The notes beneath the pieces are model-generated. The model saw nothing but the letters and a program-made list of their open reading frames with translations, did no database searches and was not told the DNA's origin. A stretch of DNA of 59,197 nt, the filler included, from Catajapyx aquilonaris (lineage: Eukaryota), in NCBI GenBank assembly GCA_000934665.2. It is 4 parts of 4 records of this genome, joined end to end, with 100 filler letters (N's around TTAATTAATTAA, not from the genome) between each part and the next. Parts side by side here need not be neighbours in the genome. Positions count along the whole stretch, not along the records: positions 29,663 to 44,377 come from JYFJ02007705.1; positions 44,478 to 59,197 come from JYFJ02007706.1; 2 more parts are not named here. One strand, written 5' to 3'. The position numbers and the translations under genes are program-made. Positions 35,155 through 45,199 of this stretch are shown here, one piece after another. Every line of letters starts with the position of its first letter. Position 1 is the stretch's first letter.

Positions 35155-38100
35155 ATGCCGATATACCACCAACCATGTTCGTTGGAAACGTCCAGTCTGA
35201 ACAAGATAGTGGACACTGTAGCGGAGGCTTGCAGGAAGGTTCATGAGAACTGGCCTCACGATGTGGAGCAGCACTTCTCTTTGGAACATGGAATAATTCA
35301 GACAATCAACGATGCTGTTCTTTTCAAGCACACGTTAATACGAGGGGAGAGCTTGTCGACGGTACATATGCACGTAGACGGTAAGGGATAAGGTCGACAT
35401 ATTGATTCTCGATATCGATATCTAGATCGGCTTTCAACATATCTGGACGAAATAGCTCTCTGTATATCATAATATTCTAAATGTAGAAACACGAATATTG
35501 ATATTTTATATATCGCACCATATCGATTTTCAAAATGTTGTCCTAAGATCGATATTATACGAGTCGCATTTCGATATATTGGACGACGATTCAGGTTTGA
35601 TTGTCGATATATCAATTTTTCTGTTATGTCTCGATCTAGTCATGATCGATCATGTCAAAGAGTTCGAACTAATTTTGAATATCACATTTTGATATTTTGG
35701 CTATGACTCATATGTATCTTTATTATTTTGATCTCAACCATCAATAGATGTCTTCCTGTTCCTGATATTCAAAAATATTGTCGGCCTGTTATTGATATTT
35801 CAATGCACTTTCGATTTCAATATCGATATTATTTCAAAACCATCTCGATTTGATATCGATATGCGATATGCCAATACTTGATTCTGATATTGATATTTCA
35901 ATGCCATGTCGTTATTTTAGATTTATATCAATACCGTACATCAGTACTGTGTTGATTTTGATATCAATATTTTAATATAACCTCATTTTTCATATGAAAT
36001 TTTCCATATCTGATCGTTTGACATCCATACTTCAATATCCACAACTTTAGTATCGATATCTCGATCGCATCTCGATATACTGTAATTAAAGATTCCTCAA
36101 CATCGTGTCAATTTTGATAGCGATGTTTCATTATTCTCTCAACTTTGCTATTCATATTTTTCAATACCATCTCGATTTCAATATCGATATTTCATGAACA
36201 TCTAGATTTCATTTTTTTTCTAACATCAATTTTGCAATACCCTCTCAATTTCGATATTTGAATTCGCTATCAAATTTCAATGTCGATAAGCTTTTGAAGA
36301 TATCAGCGTGTGATCGATGCAATCGTCGATTGTTAATCCCGATCATGGTCAATGAACATTTTCGATTGCCTTGAAATCCCTGTGTCACCCCGTGCTCTTC
36401 TTGTCTCTCAAAAGTATTTCACCCGAAGCAAGTGATGCCCCTGAGGTCGTGGTGCACCCTGGTCATCATCCGCCACATGTGGGACCTCTGCAAGGCGGTG
36501 TACAGAGACGTGAGGGCCATTCACGACTACGTGCAGACCATACCTCGTCACCTGGCCGACGCATACACCAAAGCCATGTTGGACAACGCGCTGGACGCCT
36601 GGGAGGGCTCCCCCACCGGGTCGCCCTGGAAGACGTGCGGTGCCTACCACCGAGCCTGCACTCGTCTAAAGATCACTCGACACATGCCCACCTTCCTTGT
36701 GTCCGAAGTCTCACGACACCTCCCAACCATGCGGGACCTGGAGGTGATCCATATGAACCAGATTGACCTGGACAAGTTGATCGAGAGCCTACCATATCTA
36801 GGCAGACTTCGAACATTAGTCATGCTGGACAACCGTGTCACGGACCAGCACCAGCAACTGCCATCCCTCCTGTCCCGACATTGTCCCAACTTGGAGGAAC
36901 TAGAGTTCACATGGGGGATGTCGGCCAACCATCAGACGCTGGACTGGTCTCCCAATCTGAAGAGTGTCACGGTCAGATATCTGGGACAGGACACCCAGCT
37001 GGTGAGGCATATCCTGGACAGCGTGCCCCATCTGACCTTACACTTCTTACATCATAACGGGATTGACGAGGAGCTCATCCAGGGCTGTCCGGGTCCGTAC
37101 CCTGACGTGCAGAGTATCAGCAGCACCATCTATGTTTCCCAGATGCTGCCCGACCTGGTCCGGGCGTTTCCGAACCTGACCTACCTTAGCCTGGGCTTGA
37201 CCTCGCTGAACGGGCCGGCCACTCCTCTGAACGACCTCCAGCAGCTGAGGGTGCTGAGGCTGTTCGGGTTGTTTAACCTGGCCCCCGAAGAGATGCTCCA
37301 AATCACGCCGTGTCTGTCCCGTCTGAAATCGCTGGAATTGTGTGGGTTCGACCACCTGGACGCATCACTGGAGCAGGTAAACCGTACACGTAGTACCATA
37401 CCCCTCTGCACCTATAGCTGATAACAACCCTGGACAAACAGAGGCACAGACGGAGATGTATTTGTTGACACTTTTTCTCCATATACACCAGGCGCCGCTG
37501 CCCTACTTGACGTCGTTCAGGGCCACCTTGTGCAGAGGGATAGACCTGGATACGCTATGGAGAGTGATGCCCAACCTGACCTCTCTCAAACTGTGTGACT
37601 GCTCCTTCTCGCATCGGACGCCCCAGTCTGGCATGACGGACGCCCCCTTCAGGTAAAAGACGCGGTCAAATATAACATTTTTATCCCTGACCAACAGCTG
37701 TTCACTAATATCTTTGCTTCAGGTCAGTTACTGTATCATGACTTCAGGATATATCAATCTGGTTATAAGCCACCGCTGCATGAAAGTTCATGGTTAACTA
37801 AGGTTAACGTTAACGAAAAGTTACCATGAACTGAGCTTAACGTGAACCCATTTTAACGCGAACTTGCCTTAACGTAAATTTTGGTTAACGTTAACGAATG
37901 TTGACTCGCACTTATAGGTTAATAACGGTTGGGGTTTTTTATAGATAATATTGTCACTCCTGCATTTTGGACTTGAATTGACCTGCAGTGACCTTTCCAG
38001 GCACCTGGAAACTCTCCTTGTGTATGATAATGAGGCGGGCGACAACCTGGAAGAGATCCACCTCCGATGGCTGATGTCGCACTGCGTCGACCTCAAGTCC

Positions 38101-39643
38101 CTCTCCCTTAGTTGCGGATACTTCTTGGACGATCGGACTTTGGCAGGCCTGTTAAGCCGCATGACCCGACTCAAGGACCTGTATCTCTGGTGCCCGGCCC
38201 TGACCCTGGAGGTGCTGCCGATGCTCTTCGATGTCCTGGGCGACGAAACGGAGTCCGTCGAGGTAGCCTTCTACGATCTGTTTGCGTCTCCGGAAGTAAT
38301 CAAGCAGGTATGTATACGAAAGCGGAAGGAACACAGACACAGCAACTCGTAGAGTACCATACCATTCATATAGATAGCGCATCATTCCTCGCGTCTCCTG
38401 CCTGCGCCACTCTCAGAGTCATGCGAAGGGCAGTGCGCAGTGGTGCTAGTACTTAACGATATTTTAATCACATATGTATTGCTACATGTCGATATTTCAA
38501 TATTTAGATACAGTATTACGATATTTCGATATCTCGATAAGTAAAATATATCAACAGTCTTATATTTCTATACAATTCGATATTCGATAATCGGATATTT
38601 CCATTCCGATATTTTCATATGTAGGTTACAGTAAATATTTCGACAGTCCTATATCAGGGAGCATATACTACATAAGAGGCGGAAACATTCGATTTCCGCG
38701 TCTCTCTGTTTGGGGCGTTGCCAAGGCTGGCGGCCATTTTGAAGTGTGGGCAACGCCAACGCGGTGTAAATAGGGCACAGGCAAAAATAGGGTCCGCCAT
38801 CTTTGATTCGCGCGTGTTCTTGCCGTGTAGTTGCCATGGCCGCCAAAACCATGGCGGACCCTATTTTTGCCTGTACCCTATTTACACCTCGTTGGCGCTG
38901 CCCACACTTCAAAATGGCTGTCAGCCTTGGCAACGGCCCCAAACAGAGAGACGCGGACATCAAAGGCGCCGACAGAAGTTTGCGCCTCTTATGTAGTATT
39001 ATGCTCCCTGCCTATATTTCGACAATTCCCTATTCGATAATCCGATTTTGATAATCCGATACCGTATTTGATAATCCGATATTTCGATATTATGTCTAAA
39101 TGTTTCGATATTTTTGATATTTCAAAGGTTCGATATTGAGATACGAGTAATGAAATGTCGCTACATCTAATCAATATTGGAGCATATGCCCCCCTCTCTG
39201 CACACCCCTGCTTCTCTCAGGGTCGTGCGAGGGATAGTGGTACCTACTACATGAACCTAGCCGATTGGAGATGGTGACTCACCCCGGACAATCAAACGGA
39301 CAGACTGACTGAGCTGAGTTTCTCGTTGCAGGTGTTCAGCAGGTACCAGAGATACAGGGGGCTGAAGGTCAGGCTGAGCGGCATAAGTTACTACGACGGC
39401 CACTGGGAGGAGGTGGTGGGACAGAACCAAGAAGAGGAAGACGCTTCCGGAGATGATGAGGACTCGTTACCCATTGAAGAGACCCGGAGTCAGCCTCCGC
39501 AGCCTCAGCAATCTCCGGCCGTCTTCACCATCACTTGGTACTACTGCTCCTGCGACAAAAGACACTGTGACCAACCTGGCTGCGGTGGCCTGGGCTGCGA
39601 CACGTACAAGAAAGCGCGATTGTCAGGACTCAAGAGACGCTAG
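35155..39643 (+). CDS. RNI-like leucine-rich-repeat protein (~655 aa); predicted exons 35155-35380, 36415-37376, 37492-37652, 38001-38307, 39332-39643
   Basis: Repeats such as CPNLEELEF, PNLKSVTV, FPNLTYLSL, LQQLRVLRL, MPNLTSLKL, CVDLKSLSL and MTRLKDLYL. All junctions are GT-AG and phase-consistent (1,0,2,0). AATAAA near 39673. The link to exon 1 is the least certain part. Confidence 0.78.
35390..36368. repeat. ~1-kb degenerate TCGATAT-motif array (intronic)
   Basis: Dozens of CGATAT / TCGAT / ATATCG units in AT-rich DNA. A related array lies at ~38455-39175. Confidence 0.75.
37764..37916. repeat. Small intronic element with GTTAAC/AACGTT repeats
   Basis: TATAAG...CTTATA ends with several GGTTAACGTTAACG motifs. 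Confidence 0.4.
38455..39175. repeat. CGATAT-motif array carrying a nested MITE
   Basis: CGATATT and CCGAT repeats on both sides of 38655-39010. Confidence 0.6.
38655..39010. mobile_element. MITE with 7-bp TSD (P/Galileo-like), copy 2
   Basis: CCTATAT|CAGGGAGCATA...TATGCTCCCTG|CCTATAT, a perfect 7-bp duplication. Inverted homolog of 17216-17583. Confidence 0.85.
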
Positions 39644-39820
39644 TTGCGATTTGCAGTTATTTACTATGCGGCAATAAACGCCCATGCATGAGTTGTCCTA
39701 ATTGTGGCGAACTATTGTGGGATCCATACTCAGCTAGTATATAGGCCTACTGTAAATGACATTTTAAGAATTTATTTCACTTTTTCAACGTTTGAAATTT
39801 TGACACCCAGCTACAGTAGG

Positions 39821-40879
39821 CTACTTTGATTCCTCATATAAATTATCGGAATATGGAAGGATCAGAATCTGCAAACATATCTAAAATGTTCTTGAACACA
39901 TCCGAATCGACACATTCTTTCCATGACTGGGACTTCTTAACCTCCTTCACGTTGGACCTTACAAACTTCAAACACATGTCCTTCAGTGTAGGTGGTTATG
40001 CGATATGGCACACTTCAAATGGGGCAGTGCATTATCAACAGTCACAGATTTGACGAGATGAAGTTCGCACAAGGACTTCAGCTTCAGAACCTGATACTTG
40101 TCAGCGGCTACAAACAGTTCCACAGCTAATCCTGCAGTCATGCTTGCTGGAATTTGGTCAGAGTACATGAAGTCTATTAGGCCTTGCACCACTTCAGGCT
40201 TCAAGTCCTTGATGAAAACCTTTCCTGTCCTTTTTTCCTCAGTGTCATGCTCGAACATGGCTGCAAACACTGCAGGCATCGGGCACAAAGAACAAACTTG
40301 TGCACTGGAAACTGTGACTCGTTAACCACCAATGTCACATCCTTACTCAAAGTTGAGTTCCATGCATTCTGCACATCTTCAGCTAATCCAGGGCCACAAA
40401 CCTCTGTACTCACTTTCACAGTCTCCATTGTTCTCTTCAAATGGACCTCTCCCTCGCAAATGAATGTGAGAGTGTCGTTAGGAAGGAGGTCAGATGCCCT
40501 CTCTTGGAGCTTTTGGATGGAAATGAATTTAGAATAACCCCACCCAAGGGTGCAGCTGGACCCGTGCACCTGAACATCTGAACGTACAGCATAGTCGTTG
40601 TTGGTGGCACTCTTTATGGAGAATTTTTTTGATACTGTGACTGCATCAAAATCTCTACGGCTGCGACGAATGTAGGCGAGGAAAATTGAGAGATGACCAC
40701 TAGATTCATGATTCATGCCTTTGGGATAAAGTGTCATCCTCCATTTTTTTGGTTCAGGTCCGCCAGTTGTAAATGTATCGGATCTAATTTTGTGCTCTCC
40801 TGTGATATTTCTTAATAATCCATTTGAACGAAAATGGTCGAGTTTGTTGAGCCAAGATAGACTGGTACACATCAGGCAT
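39821..40879 (-). pseudogene. SPOP-like MATH-BTB gene, copy 2, multiple frameshifts
   Basis: Highly similar to 32935-34025, with a 5-bp deletion near 40800, a frame change near 40275-40300 and a 1-bp deletion near 39995. Confidence 0.88.
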
Positions 40880-41300
40880 GTTGATCACCTGCATGATTTT
40901 AAAAAAAGGATCGTGCGGGATGTTATTTATAAGGTACAGTCATTAAAAATGAGCAGGATTTATTGTGAAAACCTATGAGGGCTCGCCCCATGTATAAACA
41001 TAGGCTCAACACCCCTCCCCCTTCCCTCCGTTTCCAAGCGCAAGAACTACCTTAATTAATAATATATTGTCATTTCACGGAAAAAACGAAACCCATGGAA
41101 AAGAACTTATACAGTATGTATTATAATAATTATACCCAAATCATTAGTCAACGATGTCATGAAGCATTATTTTATAAATATGTAAAGCAGTCTGAATGAG
41201 TGTTAATCCTGACTGTTCAGGACCACCGTGAGACGTGTGTCCCTCTTGATTGAAGGGCCAACTGTATAAAACACGTGAATATAAGAGATGCACATTTATT

Positions 41301-43241
41301 TCAAGAGCGTACTGTTATTATTAAATTATTCAAGAGGTGTTTCACATGAATAACTTCACCAATAAACAAAAGAATTCCACAGGACCAGCAAAATATGGCT
41401 AGAAACCACATCATTCCCCTCAACTGTTGAAAATTTAATGACATTGAGCGCTGGTACAGCCTGTCCAGCTTCCTTGCATCACGAAGTCCCATCAGTAGAC
41501 AGGTGTACTCCAAGTACTTATCATAATGAGCCATAAGTCCTGAATCCATATAATAAAATGCCATCCTGTCAAGAATAGGACCCAGCTTGCTGTGTTTGTC
41601 CAAAATGAATCCAGTAAACACTAATAAACCTGGTTCTTTAGCAAGGACAACTGGAATGTTTCCTGCCATGTCTACGTATTGCGCCCCAATTGCAACTAGT
41701 ACGTCAGCTGCAGATATGCAAGCGAAATTCTCATCTATTGATTTCAGAACACATGTGGTAAAGTCTGGCAGATCGATCATATCTCGAGCAATTGGTTTAA
41801 AATATTCCAAATCGTTTTCATGAAAAACAGTGGCAAGATAAGGCTTAGCTACTCCCATAGTTCCCCATTCCCATTGTTTTCGTCTATTGTTGAGTTCCTG
41901 ATACGAGTCTGGCAAATCCTCCTGCAATGGAGCTGATAGGAATCCGAAGTATAAGGCTTCGTATCCGATGATTATGACCATGGAATAAATCCACCAGAAG
42001 GAGATGAAGAGTCTTGAAGGGTCACCTCTGGGGATGGTGTTTGGGTTTTCCTCGATCAGGGTGGAAAACATGTATCTGGCCGAATAGAGGAAGAGGGAAT
42101 AGGACGGACCCTTGTTGTCTGAAAAAGGGTGACGGAAAGTACTCTCAATTTTTAGCAGTGCAAAAAGGCCAAAACTGCCTGCAAAAGTGGCCATGAATAT
42201 GAAAACCCACATTTCAGGAGTGTAAGGCATGAAGACAGAATTCAAGGAATAATTAGGTTTAGATGTCCTTGTGATAAACGTCACATCCGTAATATAGACA
42301 GGTAAAATAACTTGTACTACTGGGCTCATCAGTGTTATTATGGTGAAGCCTATCTCCGCCTGTCTCCGAATAATGTCACCAGTTGTACCAGTGTAATTAC
42401 CATCAGGCAACAAATTATCCGGAATTTCACCGTCGTCTAAAAGAGTTCTTTCCAGATTCCAGTCAAAATTGAGTACATCACTTGTAAAAAGGAGAAACAT
42501 GAACACTCCAAACATTGGCACTGAGTTCTCCAGCATGAACCGTAACTCACTCTTTGAAAAATCAAAAGCGTAAGTGCCATTTATAAATGCACCATGCAGA
42601 TTGATTGAATAATCAGGGAACAAATTATGTATGTAGCTACCCTTTTCGTATCTTGCAACATGCACCACTTTGGGATTACCACGATCGCAATAGTGACAGT
42701 TTGCCATGACCTGAAGCGAGTGAGTGTCCTGGTCGTACTTGATCCCGAGCTGAAAGAGCATCATTTGGACGATGGGATGCATCAAGACTGTGTCCAGACC
42801 TCCGTCCCTGGGCCAGAAGAGGAACCTGTCCCTTCCGGTGTCCATGAGGTGAAGAGTGGCCGCGTGGACCACCAGAGGAGACAAGGTGTCCAGTGTCCCG
42901 AAGGCGAAGAGGAAGGTGGCGCAGGGGTCCAGTCTCCTGGCCTCCGGTCTGTGCAGCCAGGAGAACCAGTACTGTCCACTGGCGTCCACTGGTGTCCCGT
43001 CCCACCTCACCACCGCCACTTCCTCCGATCCATTGTTGATCAGCCGGTTGAACGGAGAGGGGAACACCAACCAGTCGCCGCACAACACCAGGAGACACCC
43101 CTCCCGATGGACATCATTCACCAAGGATGACACCAGTTCCTCTTCCTCCCATCCAACAGATGGAGAGGATCTGACCTGGACTTGACCAGATGTGACCCAG
43201 GCCAAGACGCACAGACACACTGCAACCACTTCTCTCTCCAT
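41301..43241 (-). CDS. Divergent ionotropic receptor (IR), intronless, 646 aa
   Basis: Signal peptide, NCHYCDRG, LFPDYSINLHG, DGNYTGTTGDIIRRQAEIG (S1), FMPYTPEMW preceding TM1, RLFISFWWIYSMVIIIGY, PDSYQEL, YYMDSGL, and LNFQQLRG..FIGE. Confidence 0.92.
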   Translation of the reverse strand: MEREVVAVCLCVLAWVTSGQVQVRSSPSVGWEEEELVSSLVNDVHREGCLLVLCGDWLVFPSPFNRLINNGSEEVAVVRWDGTPVDASGQYWFSWLHRPEARRLDPCATFLFAFGTLDTLSPLVVHAATLHLMDTGRDRFLFWPRDGGLDTVLMHPIVQMMLFQLGIKYDQDTHSLQVMANCHYCDRGNPKVVHVARYEKGSYIHNLFPDYSINLHGAFINGTYAFDFSKSELRFMLENSVPMFGVFMFLLFTSDVLNFDWNLERTLLDDGEIPDNLLPDGNYTGTTGDIIRRQAEIGFTIITLMSPVVQVILPVYITDVTFITRTSKPNYSLNSVFMPYTPEMWVFIFMATFAGSFGLFALLKIESTFRHPFSDNKGPSYSLFLYSARYMFSTLIEENPNTIPRGDPSRLFISFWWIYSMVIIIGYEALYFGFLSAPLQEDLPDSYQELNNRRKQWEWGTMGVAKPYLATVFHENDLEYFKPIARDMIDLPDFTTCVLKSIDENFACISAADVLVAIGAQYVDMAGNIPVVLAKEPGLLVFTGFILDKHSKLGPILDRMAFYYMDSGLMAHYDKYLEYTCLLMGLRDARKLDRLYQRSMSLNFQQLRGMMWFLAIFCWSCGILLFIGEVIHVKHLLNNLIITVRS

Positions 43242-44113
43242 GGCTCGACTGATCCCCTCCTATTGATATCCAGAATTTTTATATCAATTGCACGGAACAT
43301 TTTGCGGCCAATATATTCGTTAGTGATGTCAATAATATTATAACACGATCACCTTATATGAATTTATTTATGGACAAAATATATATTCGCTTTGCTTATC
43401 CGTTCCTGTACGACACTCTTCCACGTACGAGTAACATAGCCATGAGTACTTGAAATATGACGAATTTTGGGGTTACAGAATATTAAATGTTATGCTGATG
43501 CTCAATGAGGGGTTGTCATCTATTTGGGAGTTAAAATTGCTGACATTGACATTGTAATTGTATTTTTCCTCTCCGAATTTGAGCGGCTATAAAGTGCCCC
43601 CTTATTCTCAAGAACGGCCGTTTAGGATAAATATTTTAAGACAATTACTAGGATGCAGTGAACTAAAAATCTTGAACCATTGATTTTCATGTCACTTCAT
43701 CACTAGTTTTACTAACCTAGATATAGATAGTTCTACAATATACTTTCTTTTTTTTGTGTTTTTTTTAGCTTGGGGCAGAATAAGTTGTTGTTGGACTGTA
43801 GGTACTAGTGGTGGTGACAGGACTGGCTTCAGTATGGACATTCCAACAAAAATGAAAATGGCCAGATTAGACAATAAAGACATTGTGTTGGCAGCCTGCG
43901 TTTGTTTGTGTCGTTGCCATGTGTCCAACAAAATGTCATATAGCTTATTTAGAGCTGTTCTGGAATAGTCGTGGCAGAATGTATGTCCCTGTAATTACTA
44001 TCGAATAATCCAAATTCTCGTTTATTCTGGCTGCATCGTATTATAAGGTGAGAATAATTTTTTTTAAAGTAAATAATTGTGGATATTATTTATTAATTTG
44101 GTGGTTTTTAGAG

Positions 44114-44282
44114 ATGCCGATATTCCACCAACCGTGTTCGTTGGTAACATCCAGCTTGAACAAGATAGTGGACACTGTAGCTGACGCAAGCAGGAAGGTA
44201 CAGAAGGACTGGCCTCGCAATGTGGAGCAGCACTTCGCTTTGGAACGACACGGAATACTTCAGACAATCAACGATGTTCTTA
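44114..44282 (+). pseudogene. Second copy of LRR-gene exon 1, truncated
   Basis: MPIFHQPCSLVTSSLNKIVDTVA.. matches 35155 onward. Homology stops near 44280, followed by unrelated sequence and a stop at 44296. Confidence 0.65.
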
Positions 44283-44377
44283 GTGGGGGCTCTTAGCGAG
44301 ATGAAGGGGACAAGTTGGACAAAAGCACCAAACTTTGCATGGAGTTTTGTTTGGTCCTATGCTAATAATTTTTGGTA

Positions 44378-44477
44378 NNNNNNNNNNNNNNNNNNNNNNN
44401 NNNNNNNNNNNNNNNNNNNNNTTAATTAATTAANNNNNNNNNNNNNNNNNNNNNNNNNNNNNNNNNNNNNNNNNNNN
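44378..44477. other. Artificial contig linker
   Basis: 44 N + TTAATTAATTAA + 44 N. Confidence 0.97.
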
Positions 44478-44574
44478 TGTTTTATTAGTTCATATGTTGG
44501 GTTAGCTTGCATCTCCCTTCATCGCTGACTACCCCTCATAGGGAAATGTCGTGATGTTGTTGTTGTTGTTGTTG
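44478..44574 (+). mobile_element. 3' end of the RTE LINE family, with (GTT)n tail
   Basis: Near-identical reverse complement of 1451-1536. Confidence 0.75.
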
Positions 44575-44813
44575 AAGTAGATATGCCACAAAGAAATCAC
44601 TGTAGCGAAACCAATGTCGATCAAAAGCGGTGTATATATGGTAAGGTCAACCTCCTCCAGAATCTAGGCAAAAGACTGTCTCGCACCAGGTTCAAAGTTC
44701 AATTTTCTTTATCGTGTGACAATGTCATTTCTAAGAAAAAGCATCAATAGCAGAATTCGTAATCTATATGAGGCTTTCTCATGCACCTTACAATGCTAAC
44801 CTTATCTTTGCAG

Positions 44814-44963
44814 TATGTGATTAAAGCTCCCAAGGACGCAGTGGTTGAGAGTGTTCCCTTTCATGCCGGTGACAGTGTGACAAAAGGGGCTCACCTGGTT
44901 CATTTCTACGAGGAACCTGGGAAGGCTGCCACCCAACCAGGCCATGAATCGGATTCAGAGTAA
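44814..44963 (+). CDS. MCCC1: Last exon of a biotin carboxylase subunit, most like methylcrotonoyl-CoA carboxylase alpha
   Basis: CAG|YVIKAPKDAVVESVPFHAGDSVTKGAHLVHFYEE is the biotinyl-domain segment that follows AMKME. Confidence 0.7.
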   Translation, partial: YVIKAPKDAVVESVPFHAGDSVTKGAHLVHFYEEPGKAATQPGHESDSE

Positions 44964-45199
44964 CTACAGGTCAAGAACACAATGCAATTCTTCCCAACCA
45001 GGCAATGGCTTTTATTGATACTGTACTTTTTTTTTTATTGGATAGGTATATTGTTATGCTCTCTTGCTTGATTACTGTTAGCAAGAGGGAATTAAATCTA
45101 TGTTCATTCCCTTTTGCTATTAGCGTACTGCAGTGGGGGTGGTGTTTATGTGTGAAGCAGTCTTCTTAATGGTTCTTTTGGCTGATTGAGCCAAAATTT

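Noticed and set aside
35390..36368. CRISPR-like array
   Set aside because: No constant repeat with unique spacers, no cas genes, and a eukaryotic intronic context.
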